A stretch of 64,000 nucleotides of DNA from Torpedo marmorata (GCA_977017645.1 OZ360250.1:30690001-30754000), one strand, 5' to 3'. Shown: positions 1 through 13,734, counted from the stretch's first letter. Numbers and translations: made by a program. Notes: generated by a model not told the origin, from the sequence alone.

Positions 1-620
1 GCAAAGGAATCGACATTGAAGAGATCGTTTCTAGTACTCACCAAGGATTTAATATCAGGAGGAAAGAAAGAATTCAAAAGACATGTTACGGTTTGATCTA
101 CAGATGGTCTTAACAAAGAATAATTTGCAGGAATTGTACCTCATCCTGTGAAATCACATACATTGGAGCTGAATCAAAATTAGGGAACATTGTTGTGCTA
201 ATTATGGTCCATTTCAAGAAATTTCTGGTTCAACGACTGACTAGTGTGTGTTGGATTTTTTTTTTAAATGGAATAGAGAATAGCTTGGGACACCTGTTGT
301 GACCAGATTTGAAATTATATCCAGTAAATGTGTATAATAATTTGTGGTACAGTTGATATTTTCTGGCTGACGAGTCTGAGCTGAGCAGAAGTTTTCTTCG
401 AAGTGAATGATGGGAGGATGGTAACAAGTATTTCAGCCACCACTTGCCATTCCATTCTCCTGTACGGATCTAAGGCCGGACTAGTCTGTTAGCAATTTTA
501 TTTTTGGCCTACGATCAGTTTACAAGCACCAATTCGCACCCTCACTTTGACTTTCATGTCATCGATCACCAGTGCTTCTGAGGGCTGCCGAGACTCTCCT
601 ATTTACGAAACAATATTATA

Positions 621-1382
621 CAGTAAAATCCCCGGTATCCGGCACCTACGGGGATTGCGGATGCAGGATATGCGAATTTTCCAGTTGACTGAGATGCACT
701 GTTACAATGCCTAACTAATACACCTGCATTAAGAATACATAGTTTAAAAGACAAAAGAGAGTGCAAAATGTAAAGTAATTTGGAATAAAAATCCATATTG
801 TAGTAAGTATTTAATGATGTAAAGTTCACTTTAATCAAGTAATTCCCGTAACTTACAAAATTTCTATTTGAATCACGGTCACTGGCACGCTAACCGCTAC
901 GCTAACCGCTACGCTAACCGTGCCGCCGTCATAATAAACCTACCCTCACCCAAGTTTATGGATAAAGCCTGACTAATATACCTAATACGAATAAAGATAA
1001 AGATTCTTACAAGGCAGGGATAGGGAGGCAATTTTGGAGTCACCCCAGCGGCGAGCGGCATCGGCCGGCTCTTCATCCTGGGTACTGCCATTTTATTCAA
1101 ACACAACTTTATTTAAACTTTGTTCAAACAGCTGCTGCGGGCGGGGCACGACCGGGGCGCTCCGCTGGCTGAATGTTTGCTCCCATCTTCACCAAGGGGT
1201 TGTTTCTGTTGCTTCGGAGAATACTTACTTTTACAATTTTAAACTGTTATTTAAACTTTTATTTAAAATTTTATTTATTCTTATTTATTTTAAATGTTAT
1301 GTATTTATTTCCTCAATATTTTTTTAATGCCGGTTGTTTGGGTTTCCGCTTGTTTGAATTCCGGATAATGGGGATTCTACTG
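621..1382. mobile_element. Non-autonomous Tc1/mariner (Tigger-like) DNA transposon, with a SINE 5' fragment inside (~875-930)
   Basis: TA|CAGTAAAATCCCCGGTATCCGG ... CCGGATAATGGGGATTCTACTG|TA gives imperfect TIRs with a TA TSD. The same ends occur on the short MITEs at 41922, 45683 and 52345. Confidence 0.8.
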
Positions 1383-1384
1383 TA

Positions 1385-1545
1385 TTTATTTGTATACAGT
1401 GTATATGAATACTTGTCCTGCATATGTATTATTTGTCTGTATGTGTGTTATGTCCGGTTGTGTGTCTGCATGTTTTGGACCGGAGAACGCTGTTTCATCT
1501 GGTTGTACTTGTGCAATCAGATAACAATAAACTTGAACTTGACTA
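1385..1545 (+). mobile_element. 3' end of Rex1/Babar-type LINE
   Basis: Closely matches the 3'UTR at 20440-20583. Ends AATAAACTTGAACTTGA, a short tandem tail. Confidence 0.6.
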
Positions 1546-1880
1546 TTCTGGTGGGTTTGTTATTCCAGCTCTGCTTGTACTGAAACAAGCACCAAGCCAT
1601 TGACTCATTATCCTGTGGGTCAGAGACTTCACGCCAACTGAATTGAGTGCTTTATTGTCACATGTACAGAAACTTAGTTTTCTGTGCCAGACCGGCAAGC
1701 TGGTAAAACTTAACATAAAAATTATTCACAAAAAATGGTAACAAGATTAATCATGACAATGGTAGCATATAACATGGACATCAGTATTAACATAACAGGA
1801 AAATCAAATGTAAAAATGTAACTCAAAAGTAAAAGGGCTTCCTGGTGGGAATCTGGCATGACCGTCACTCCAGTCACATT

Positions 1881-2338
1881 CAGTGGCGGATTAACTATTA
1901 GGCTGAGTAGGCTTAAGCATAGGGGCCCGGAAGGGAGCGGGGCCCGGCAGGAGCGGGGATGTCGGGCCACCAGCAGAAGCGTGGACCATGGGCTCCTGGC
2001 AGGAGTGGGGACCTCGGGCTCCCGGCAGGAGATGGGACCTCGGGCTCCCGGGCAGGAGCGGGGACCTCGGGCTCTACAATTCTTTCGACCCCAAAAGTTC
2101 AATCGACCCCCGGGCGTTGATCGACCCCCTTTCGACCCCCTGGCATTTTCCGACCCCTTGGATAGTCCCATCGACCCCCAGGGGTCGATATCGACCACTT
2201 TGGAGACCCTTAATATGTTATTTAACGTAACAACGTCACTTTATTCTATTCAACGAAGGGTGGGGCAGGGGGGCAAGGTCAGGGGGAGCCTTACTAAAGC
2301 TCAGCCTAGGGGCCCGGGTGGTAGTTAATCCACCACTG
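1881..2338. mobile_element. Non-autonomous hAT element with GC-rich internal cargo
   Basis: 17-bp TIR CAGTGGCGGATTAACTA / TAGTTAATCCACCACTG (1 mismatch). 8-bp TSD GTCACATT / GTCACAGT. Subterminal GGGCCC motifs. Confidence 0.85.
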
Positions 2339-2399
2339 GTCACAGTCCTGTAACCAACCTGGCTCTGGTTTGGTCCCCGCTCTTCCTGCCATCAGATGC

Positions 2400-2700
2400 T
2401 TCCTGTCCACACCAGCCTCCTGCGGCCAAAGACGCTCCTCTTACTCTCTCCAACAGTCATCACCTCCCCAGCAACACACTCAGTGTGGGTGCCTGCAATG
2501 CTCTGAAAGTTCATGGAGCTGGATGGAAATCACTCTGCACTGCCTGTACTCAGTGGTCTGCTCAGCCTGTCCTCCAGGCCCTGTGGGAGAAGGAGATGGT
2601 GAGTGGCAGGATGCCCTTATCACCAGAACTCTCAAACAAGCACAGTGAGGATGAGAAGGGTCCCTTCCATGAAGTCCTTCATGCACCACAGTCAGTACGA
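2400..2700 (+). mobile_element. Decayed Tx1-clade LINE ORF2 C-terminal fragment (continues at 3635-3740 and 12573-12744)
   Basis: Remnant peptides WSAQPVLQALWEKE and SPELSNKH resemble the post-RT region of fish/shark Tx1 elements as I recall them. Confidence 0.55.
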
Positions 2701-2705
2701 ATCGG

Positions 2706-3632
2706 AAACAATCCTCCTCACTGATGATCAACACAGGCGCACCTCAAGGATGCGTGCTTAGCCCACTGCTCTGCTCTCTCTACACCCATGACTGTGTGGC
2801 TAAGCACAAATGCAGTCGACAAATTTGCTGATGACACCACGGTCGTCGGCAGTATCAAGACGGCAACGAGGAAGTGTACAGGAGGGAGACAGATCAGCTA
2901 GTGGAGTGGTACCACACCAACAACCTTGCCCTCAAAGTTAGCAAAACCAAGGAGCTGATTATGGACTTCAGGAGGAGGAAATCAGGAGAAAATGAACCAG
3001 TCCTCATCGAGGGATCAGCAGTGGATAGGGTTTAGAGCTACAAGTTCCTGTGTGTCAACATCTCTGAGGATCTCTCCTGGGGCCTCCATGTTGATGCAAT
3101 CACAAAGAAGGCTCTTTAGCGGCTATACTTTGTGATGAGTTTGAGGTGCTTTGGTATGTCACCAAAGACTATTGCAAATTTCTACATGTGTACCGTGAAG
3201 AGCATTCTGACTGGTTGCATCACTGTCTGGCATGGAAATGCCAATGCACAGGACAGGAAAAGACTTGGGGACCAGTCTTCACTCCATCGAGGACATCTAC
3301 GAGGCAGTGTCTTAAGAAAGCAGCCTCTATCCTCAAGGATTCCCACCACCCAGGCCATGCCCTCTTCACTCTGCTACCAACAGGAAGGAGGTACCGGAGC
3401 CTGAAGACGAGCACCCAGCGGCACAAGGACAGCTTCTTCCCCGCTGACATCAGATTTCTGAATAATCAATGAACCAAAGACACTGCCTTACTTTTCGTGC
3501 ACTATTATTTAATTTTTTTATAGTAATGTTGTAAGATGGTTATAATATGAATGTTTGCACTATGATGCTGCCGCAAAACACCGAATTTCATGACTCGTTC
3601 ATGACAATAAATAAATTCTGATACTGATTCTG
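2706..3632 (+). mobile_element. 5'-truncated Rex1/Babar LINE (RT end and C-terminal domain), frameshifted
   Basis: Motifs GAPQGCVLSPLL, KFADDTTVVG, CTVKSILTGCITVW, HHPGHALFTLLPTGRRYRS. Tail is AATAAA + TTCTGA repeats. Confidence 0.9.
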
Positions 3633-3744
3633 AGATCATGATCCATCTTCTGGGGATTGCGTTTGCGGAAATGGTCTGGAGGATGCAATGGTCTTTGTGT
3701 CATCCATCTCTTACGGCTGCATGACTGAACACTGGCTCTGGTAG

Positions 3745-6700
3745 TACAGTGCTGGGGATGTAGTGGTCTCTCCCTTCACCATACAGTGCTGGGGATGTAG
3801 TGGTCTCTCCCTTCACCATACAGTGCTGGGGATGTAGTGGTCTCTCCCTTCACCATACAGTGCGGGGGATGTAGTGGTCTCTCCCTTCACCATACAGTGC
3901 TGGGGATGTAGTGGTCTCTCCCTTCACCATACAGTGCTGGGGATGTAGTGGTCTCTCCCTTCACCATACAGTGCTGGGGATGTAGTGGTCTCTCCCTTCA
4001 CCATACAGTGCTGGGGATGTAGTGGTCTCTCCCTTCACCGTACAGTGCTGGGGATGTAGTGGTCTCTCCCTTCACCATACAGTGCGGGGGATGTAGTGGT
4101 CTCTCCCTTCACCATACAGTGCGGGGGATGTAGTGGTCTCTCCCTTCACCATACAGTGCGGGGGATGTAGTGGTCTCTCCCTTCACCATACAGTGCTGGG
4201 GATGTAGTGGTCTCTCCCTTCACCATACAGTGCTGGGGATGTAGTGGTCTCTCCCTTCACCATACAGTGCTGGGGATGTAGTGGTCTCTCCCTTCACCAT
4301 ACAGTGCGGGGGATGTAGTGGTCTCTCCCTTCACCATACAGTGCGGGGGATGTAGTGGTCTCTCCCTTCACCATACAGTGCTGGGGATGTAGTGGTCTCT
4401 CCCTTCACCGTACAGTGCTGGGGATGTAGTGGTCTCTCCCTTCACCATACAGTGCGGGGGATGTAGTGGTCTCTCCCTTCACCATACAGTGCTGGGGATG
4501 TAGTGGTCTCTCCCTTCACCATACAGTGCTGGGGATGTAGTGGTCTCTCCCTTCACCATACAGTGCGGGGGATGTAGTGGTCTCTCCCTTCACCATACAG
4601 TGCTGGGGATGTAGTGGTCTCTCCCTTCACCATACAGTGCTGGGGATGTAGTGGTCTCTCCCTTCACCATACAGTGCTGGGGATGTAGTGGTCTCTCCCT
4701 TCACCATACAGTGCGGGGGATGTAGTGGTCTCTCCCTTCACCATACAGTGCGGGGGATGTAGTGGTCTCTCCCTTCACCATACAGTGCTGGGGATGTAGT
4801 GGTCTCTCCCTTCACCATACAGTGCTGGGGATGTAGTGGTCTCTCCCTTCACCATACAGTGCTGGGGATGTAGTGGTCTCTCCCTTCACCATACAGTGCT
4901 GGGGATGTAGTGGTCTCTCCCTTCACCATACAGTGCTGGGGATGTAGTGGTCTCTCCCTTCACCATACAGTGCGGGGGATGTAGTGGTCTCTCCCTTCAC
5001 CATACAGTGCGGGGGATGTAGTGGTCTCTCCCTTCACCATACAGTGCGGGGGATGTAGTGGTCTCTCCCTTCACCATACAGTGCAGGGGATGTAGTGGTC
5101 TCTCCCTTCACCATACAGTGCTGGGGATGTAGTGGTCTCTCCCTTCACCATACAGTGCTGGGGATGTAGTGGTCTCTCCCTTCACCATACAGTGCTGGGG
5201 ATGTAGTGGTCTCTCCCTTCACCATACAGTGCTGGGGATGTAGTGGTCTCTCCCTTCACCGTACAGTGCGGGGGATGTAGTGGTCTCTCCCTTCACCATA
5301 CAGTGCGGGGGATGTAGTGGTCTCTCCCTTCACCATACAGTGCGGGGGATGTAGTGGTCTCTCCCTTCACCATACAGTGCGGGGGATGTAGTGGTCTCTC
5401 CCTTCACCATACAGTGCTGGGGATGTAGTGGTCTCTCCCTTCACCATACAGTGCGGGGGATGTAGTGATCTCTCCCTTCACCATACAGTGCGGGGGATGT
5501 AGTGGTCTCTCCCTTCACCATACAGTGCTGGGGATGTAGTGGTCTCTCCCTTCACCATACAGTGCTGGGGATGTAGTGGTCTCTCCCTTCACCATACAGT
5601 GCGGGGGATGTAGTGGTCTCTCCCTTCACCATACAGTGCTGGGGATGTAGTGGTCTCTCCCTTCACCATACAGTGCGGGGGATGTAGTGGTCTCTCCCTT
5701 CACCATACAGTGCGGGGGATGTAGTGGTCTCTCCCTTCACCCTACAGTGCTGGGGATGTAGTGGTCTCTCCCTTCACCATACAGTGCTGGGGATGTAGTG
5801 GTCTCTCCCTTCACCATACAGTGCTGGGGATGTAGTGGTCTCTCCCTTCACCCTACAGTGCTGGGGATGTAGTGGTCTCTCCCTTCACCATACAGTGCTG
5901 GGGATGTCGTGGTCTCTCCCTTCACCATACAGTGCGGGGGATGTAGTGGTCTCTCCCTTCACCATACAGTGCTGGGGATGTAGTGGTCTCTCCCTTCACC
6001 ATACAGTGCTGGGGATGTAGTGGTCTCTCCCTTCACCATACAGTGCTGGGGATTTAGTGGTCTCTCCCTTCACCATACAGTGCTGGGGATGTAGTGGTCT
6101 CTCCCTTCACCGTACAGTGCTGGGGATGTAGTGGTCTCTCCCTTCACCATACAGTGCTGGGGATGTAGTGGTCTCTCCCTTCACCATACAGTGCTGGGGA
6201 TGTAGTGGTCTCTCCCTTCACCGTACAGTGCGGGGGATGTAGTGGTCTCTCCCTTCACCATACAGTGCTGGGGATGTAGTGGTCTCTCCCTTCACCATAC
6301 AGTGCTGGGGATGTAGTGGTCTCTCCCTTCACCATACAGTGCGGGGGATGTAGTGGTCTCTCCCTTCACCGTACAGTGCGGGGGATGTAGTGGTCTCTCC
6401 CTTCACCATACAGTGCAGGGGATGTAGTGGTCTCTCCCTTCACCATACAGTGCTGGGGATGTAGTGGTCTCTCCCTTCACCATACAGTGCTGGGGATGTA
6501 GTGGTCTCTCCCTTCACCATACAGTGCGGGGGATGTAGTGGTCTCTCCCTTCACCATACAGTGCGGGGGATGTAGTGGTCTCTCCCTTCACCATACAGTG
6601 CGGGGGATGTAGTGGTCTCTCCCTTCACCGTACAGTGCGGGGGATGTAGTGGTCTCTCCCTTCACCATACAGTGCTGGGGATGTAGTGGTCTCTCCCTTC

Positions 6701-9700
6701 ACCATACAGTGCTGGGGATGTAGTGGTCTCTCCCTTCACCATACAGTGCTGGGGATGTAGTGGTCTCTCCCTTCACCATACAGTGCTGGGGATGTAGTGG
6801 TCTCTCCCTTCACCATACAGTGCTGGGGATGTAGTGGTCTCTCCCTTCACCATACAGTGCTGGGGATGTAGTGGTCTCTCCCTTCACCATACAGTGCTGG
6901 GGATGTAGTGGTCTCTCCCTTCACCCTACAGTGCTGGGGATGTAGTGGTCTCTCCCTTCACCGTACAGTGCTGGGGATGTAGTGGTCTCTCCCTTCACCG
7001 TACAGTGCTGGGGATGTAGTGGTCTCTCCCTTCACCATACAGTGCGGGGGATGTAGTGGTCTCTCCCTTCACCATACAGTGCTGGGGATGTAGTGGTCTC
7101 TCCCTTCACCGTACAGTGCTGGGGATGTAGTGGTCTCTCCCTTCACCGTACAGTACTGGGGATGTAGTGGTCTCTCCCTTCACCGTACAGTGCGGGGGAT
7201 GTAGTGGTCTCTCCCTTCACCATACAGTGCGGGGGATGTAGTGGTCTCTCCCTTCACCGTACAGTGCTGGGGATGTAGTGGTCTCTCCCTTCACCGTACA
7301 GTGCGGGGGATGTAGTGGTCTCTCCCTTCACCATACAGTGCGGGGGATGTAGTGGTCTCTCCCTTCACCATACAGTGCTGGGGATGTAGTGGTCTCTCCC
7401 TTCACCATACAGTGCGGGGGATGTAGTGGTCTCTCCCTTCACCATACAGTGCTGGGGATGTAGTGGTCTCTCCCTTCACCGTACAGTGCTGGGGATGTAG
7501 TGGTCTCTCCCTTCACCGTACAGTGCTGGGGATGTAGTGGTCTCTCCCTTCACCATACAGTGCTGGGGATGTAGTGGTCTCTCCCTTCACCATACAGTGC
7601 TGGGGATGTAGTGGTCTCTCCCTTCACCATACAGTGCTGGGGATGTAGTGGTCTCTCCCTTCACCATACAGTGCTGGGGATGTAGTGGTCTCTCCCTTCA
7701 CCATACAGTGCTGGGGATGTAGTGGTCTCTCCCTTCACCATACAGTGCTGGGGATGTAGTGGTCTCTCCCTTCACCATACAGTGCTGGGGATGTAGTGGT
7801 CTCTCCCTTCACCATACAGTGCGGGGGATGTAGTGGTCTCTCCCTTCACCGTACAGTGCTGGGGATGTAGTGGTCTCTCCCTTCACCGTACAGTGCTGGG
7901 GATGTAGTGGTCTCTCCCTTCACCATACAGTGCTGGGGATGTAGTGGTCTCTCCCTTCACCATACAGTGCTGGGGATGTAGTGGTCTCTCCCTTCACCGT
8001 ACAGTGCTGGGGATGTAGTGGTCTCTCCCTTCACCATACAGTGCTGGGGATGTAGTGGTCTCTCCCTTCACCATACAGTGCTGGGGATGTAGTGGTCTCT
8101 CCCTTCACCGTACAGTGCTGGGGATGTAGTGGTCTCTCCCTTCACCATACAGTGCTGGGGATGTAGTGGTCTCTCCCTTCACCATACAGTGCGGGGGATG
8201 TAGTGGTCTCTCCCTTCACCATACAGTGCTGGGGATTTAGTGGTCTCTCCCTTCACCATACAGTGCGGGGGATGTAGTTGTCTCTCCCTTCACCATACAG
8301 TGCTAGGGATGTAGTGGTCTCTCCCTTCACCATACAGTGCTGGGGATGTAGTGGTCTCTCCCTTCACCATACAGTGCTAGGGATGTAGTGGTCTCTCCCT
8401 TCACCATACAGTGCTGGGGATGTAGTGGTCTCTCCCTTCACCATACAGTGCTGGGGATGTAGTGGTCTCTCCCTTCACCATACAGTGCGGGGGATGTAGT
8501 GGTCTCTCCCTTCACCATACAGTGCGGGGGATGTAGTGGTCTCTCCCTTCACCATACAGTGCGGGGGATGTAGTGGTCTCTCCCTTCACCATACAGTGCT
8601 GGGGATGTAGTGGTCTCTCCCTTCACCATACAGTGCGGGGGATGTAGTGATCTCTCCCTTCACCATACAGTGCGGGGGATGTAGTGGTCTCTCCCTTCAC
8701 CATACAGTGCTGGGGATGTAGTGGTCTCTCCCTTCACCATACAGTGCTGGGGATTTAGTGGTCTCTCCCTTCACCATACAGTGCTAGGGATGTAGTGGTC
8801 TCTCCCTTCACCATACAGTGCTGGGGATGTAGTGGTCTCTCCCTTCACCATACAGTGCGGGGGATGTAGTGATCTCTCCCTTCACCATACAGTGCGGGGG
8901 ATGTAGTGGTCTCTCCCTTCACCATACAGTGCTGGGGATGTAGTGGTCTCTCCCTTCACCATACAGTGCTGGGGATTTAGTGGTCTCTCCCTTCACCATA
9001 CAGTGCTAGGGATGTAGTGGTCTCTCCCTTCACCATACAGTGCGGAGGATGTAGTGGTCTCTCCCTTCACCATACAGTGCGGGGGATGTAGTGGTCTCTC
9101 CCTTCACCATACAGTGCTGGGGATGTAGTGGTCTCTCCCTTCACCATACAGTGCTGGGGATGTAGTGGTCTCTCCCTTCACCATACAGTGCGGGGGATGT
9201 AGTGATCTCTCCCTTCACCATACATTGCGGGGGATGTAGTGGTCTCTCCCTTCACCATACAGTGCGGGGGATGTAGTGGTCTCTCCCTTCACCATACAGT
9301 GCTGGGGATGTAGTGGTCTCTCCCTTCACCATACAGTGCTGGGGATGTAGTGGTCTCTCCCTTCACCATACAGTGCTGGGGATGTAGTGGTCTCTCCCTT
9401 CACCATACAGTGCGGGGGATGTAGTGATCTCTCCCTTCACCATACAGTGCGGGGGATGTAGTGGTCTCTCCCTTCACCATACAGTGCTGGGGATGTAGTG
9501 GTCTCTCCCTTCACCATACAGTGCTGGGGATTTAGTGGTCTCTCCCTTCACCATACAGTGCTAGGGATGTAGTGGTCTCTCCCTTCACCATACAGTGCGG
9601 AGGATGTAGTGGTCTCTCCCTTCACCATACAGTGCGGGGGATGTAGTGGTCTCTCCCTTCACCATACAGTGCTGGGGATGTAGTGGTCTCTCCCTTCACC

Positions 9701-12572
9701 ATACAGTGCTGGGGATGTAGTGGTCTCTCCCTTCACCATACAGTGCTGGGGATGTAGTGGTCTCTCCCTTCACCATACAGTGCGGGGGATGTAGTGGTCT
9801 CTCCCTTCACCATACAGTACGGGGGATGTAGTGGTCTCTCCCTTCACCATACAGTGCTGGGGATGTAGTGGTCTCTCCCTTCACCATACAGTGCTGGGGA
9901 TGTAGTGGTCTCTCCCTTCACCATACAGTGCTGGGGATGTAGTGGTCTCTCCCTTCACCGTACAGTGCTGGGGATGTAGTGGTCTCTCCCTTCACCATAC
10001 AGTGCGGGGGATGTAGTGGTCTCTCCCTTCACCATACAGTGCTGGGGATGTAGTGGTCTCTCCCTTCACCGTACAGTGCTGGGGATGTAGTGGTCTCTCC
10101 CTTCACCATACAGTGCGGGGGATGTAGTGGTCTCTCCCTTCACCGTACAGTGCTGGGGATGTAGTGGTCTCTCCCTTCACCATACAGTGCGGGGGATGTA
10201 GTGGTCTCTCCCTTCACCATACAGTGCTGGGGATGTAGTGGTCTCTCCCTTCACCATACAGTGCGGGGGATGTAGTGGTCTCTCCCTTCACCATACAGTA
10301 CGGGGGATGTAGTGGTCTCTCCCTTCACCATACAGTGCTGGGGATGTAGTGGTCTCTCCCTTCACCATACAGTGCTGGGGATGTAGTGGTCTCTCCCTTC
10401 ACCGTACAGTGCTGGGGATGTAGTGGTCTCTCCCTTCACCATACAGTGCGGGGGATGTAGTGGTCTCTCCCTTCACCGTACAGTGCTGGGGATGTAGTGG
10501 TCTCTCCCTTCACCATACAGTGCGGGGGATGTAGTGGTCTCTCCCTTCACCATACAGTGCTGGGGATGTAGTGGTCTCTCCCTTCACCATACAGTGCGGG
10601 GGATGTAGTGGTCTCTCCCTTCACCATACAGTGCTGGGGATGTAGTGGTCTCTCCCTTCACCATACAGTGCTGGGGATGTAGTGGTCTCTCCCTTCACCG
10701 TACAGTGCTGGGGATGTAGTGGTCTCTCCCTTCACCATACAGTGCTGGGGATGTAGTGGTCTCTCCCTTCACCATACAGTGCTGGGGATGTAGTGGTCTC
10801 TCCCTTCACCGTACAGTGCTGGGGATGTAGTGGTCTCTCCCTTCACCATACAGTGCTGGGGATGTAGTGGTCTCTCCCTTCACCATACAGTGCAGGGGAT
10901 GTAGTGGTCTCTCCCTTCACCGTACAGTGCGGGGGATGTAGTGGTCTCTCCCTTCACCATACAGTGCGGGGGATGTAGTGGTCTCTCCCTTCACCATACA
11001 GTGCTGGGGATGTAGTGGTCTCTCCCTTCACCATACAGTGCAGGGGATGTAGTGGTCTCTCCCTTCACCATACAGTGCGGGGGATGTAGTGGTCTCTCCC
11101 TTCACCATGCAGTGCTGGGGATTTAGTGGTCTCTCCCTTCACCATACAGTGCTGGGGATGTAGTGGTCTCTCCCTTCACCATACAGTGCAGGGGATGTAG
11201 TGGTCTCTCCCTTCACCATGCAGTGCTGGGGATTTAGTGGTCTCTCCCTTCACCATACAGTGCTGGGGATGTAGTGGTCTCTCCCTTCACCATACAGTGC
11301 GGGGGATGTAGTGGTCTCTCCCTTCACCGTACAGTGCTGGGGATGTAGTGGTCTCTCCCTTCACCATACAGTGCTGGGGATGTAGTGGTCTCTCCCTTCA
11401 CCATACAGTGCTGGGGATGTAGTGGTCTCTCCCTTCACCATACAGTGCGGGGGATGTAGTGGTCTCTCCCTTCACCATACAGTGCGGGGGATGTAGTGGT
11501 CTCTCCCTTCACCGTACAGTGCTGGGGATGTAGTGGTCTCTCCCTTCACCATACAGTGCTGGGGATGTAGTGGTCTCTCCCTTCACCATACAGTGCTGGG
11601 GATGTAGTGGTCTCTCCCTTCACCGTACAGTGCTGGGGATGTAGTGGTCTCTCCCTTCACCATACAGTGCTGGGGATGTAGTGGTCTCTCCCTTCACCAT
11701 ACAGTGCTGGGGATGTAGTGGTCTCTCCCTTCACCATACAGTGCTGGGGATGTAGTGGTCTCTCCCTTCACCATACAGTGCTGGGGATGTAGTGGTCTCT
11801 CCCTTCACCATACAGTGCTGGGGATGTAGTGGTCTCTCCCTTCACCATACAGTGCTAGGGATGTAGTGGTCTCTCCCTTCACCATACAGTGCGGGGGATG
11901 TAGTGGTCTCTCCCTTCACCATACAGTGCTGGGGATGTAGTGGTCTCTCCCTTCACCATACAGTGCTGGGGATGTAGTGGTCTCTCCCTTCACCATACAG
12001 TGCTGGGGATGTAGTGGTCTCTCCCTTCACCATACAGTGCGGGGGATGTAGTGGTCTCTCCCTTCACCATACAGTGCTGGGGATGTAGTGATCTCTCCCT
12101 TCACCATACAGTGCTGGGGATGTAGTGGTCTCTCCCTTCACCGTACAGTGCTGGGGATGTAGTGGTCTCTCCCTTCACCATACAGTGCTGGGGATGTAGT
12201 GGTCTCTCCCTTCACCATACAGTGCTGGGGATGTAGTGGTCTCTCCCTTCACCATACAGTGCGGGGGATGTAGTGGTCTCTCCCTTCACCATACAGTGCT
12301 GGGGATGTAGTGGTCTCTCCCTTCACCATACAGTGCGGAGGATGTAGTGGTCTCTCCCTTCACCATACAGTGCGGGGGATGTAGTGGTCTCTCCCTTCAC
12401 CATACAGTGCTGGGGATGTAGTGGTCTCTCCCTTCACCATACAGTGCTGGGGATGTAGTGGTCTCTCCCTTCACCATACAGTGCGGAGGATGTAGTGGTC
12501 TCTCCCTTCACCATACAGTGCTGGGGATGTAGTGGTCTCTCCCTTCACCATACAGTGCTGGGGATGTAGTGG
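3745..12572. repeat. 37-bp minisatellite, about 238 copies (TACAGTGCTGGGGATGTAGTGGTCTCTCCCTTCACCA)
   Basis: Directly visible 37-nt period. Variation is point substitutions only (GCT/GCG/GCA, CAT/CGT/CCT). No unique spacers. Confidence 0.98.
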
Positions 12573-12744
12573 CCTAACAGGCCTCACGGGCTTTTCCTGG
12601 GGTCTAAAATTGCTGGAAGACCATGAAAGACACAGCCTGCTCTGCCCAAAGCTCATTGGTCATTCAGTGCAAGATGTCCACGACCAAACAGCGATGAGTG
12701 ATGCAGCTGCTGTGAAGGCTCTATGGAGAAAGGCCAGAGTTTAA
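12573..12744 (+). mobile_element. 3' end of decayed Tx1-clade ORF2
   Basis: Remnants GLFLG and CWKT, and terminal AAAVKALWRKARV*, resemble Tx1 ORF2 C-termini as I recall them (AAAKAQWGKTTV*). Confidence 0.55.
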
Positions 12745-12807
12745 GATGCTCCCATGCTGAGGGGCTGGAAAATCCCATGCTCACTACTTCTAAATTGTCC
12801 GTGAAAG

Positions 12808-13345
12808 TCAGAATCAGAATTTATTGTCATGAACATGTCACAAAATTTGTTGTTTTGTGGCAGCATCACAGTGCAAACATTTCTATAAACCACATTTCAA
12901 AACAAATAAAAATAGTGCAAGAAAAAGAAAAGACAAAGTAAAGCAGTGTCTGTGGTTCATTGATCATTCAGGAATCCGATGGCAGTGGGGAAGAAGCTCT
13001 CCTTGTGCTGCTGAGTGCTCATCTTCAGGCTCCTGCATCTTTTTTCCTGATGGTAGCAGTGTGAAGAGGGCTTGGCCTGGGTGGTGGGGGTCCTTGAGGA
13101 TAGAGGCTGCTTTATTAAAACACCGCTTCTTGTGGATGTCCACGATGGAGTGAAGACTGGTGCCCGTGATGTCGCAGGCCGAGTTAACAATCCTCTGGTT
13201 TTTTACTGTCCTGAGCGTTGACAGCCCCCATACCAGACAGTGATGCAACCAGACAGAATGCTCTCCACGGAACACCTGTAGAATTTTTCGAGAGTCTTTG
13301 GTGACATATCGAAACTCCTCAAACTCCTCACAAAGTATAGCCACT
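12808..13345 (-). mobile_element. Rex1/Babar LINE 3' fragment
   Basis: Minus-strand KAASILKDPHHPGQALFTLLPSGK. Tail reads TCAGAATCAGAATTTATT on the plus strand. Confidence 0.9.
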
Positions 13346-13734
13346 GTCATGGTGATACCATTCAATTTCTTGCAGAATTTACATTATATGTCTTACTGTA
13401 AATAAACTGCATTGCAGAATTGCATATGTTATTAAAAAAAAAGAGTATATATTTGAAAAGTAATTTGGCCCAAACTTGGTGTTGTTATTGGGGTTTGTTT
13501 GGGACCTGCATTGTGCAAGGCACAGTGATGGATAGTGGGTCTCCAAAGATAAACCTTGCTTCTCAACCTCCGCTCTTTGCCCCAGAATTCACAAGTGTCA
13601 CCTGCCGAGTCCCCATTTTGCTTCCTACTGCTCACTTGTCCAATACAACAGATCTTGGGACCATCAACATCTCGGACTATGTTACTCAGAGGTCAGGATA
13701 TCGAACTCTGCACTCGTTCCTCAGAAGTCAAGTT

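Noticed and set aside
42-145. Possible minus-strand exon ending at GTGAGT (position 41)
   Set aside because: Stops occur in all frames from the best acceptor, and I recognise no homology.
3745-12572. CRISPR array (37-bp repeat length is suggestive)
   Set aside because: Units are directly adjacent with no unique spacers, there are no cas genes, and the context is vertebrate.
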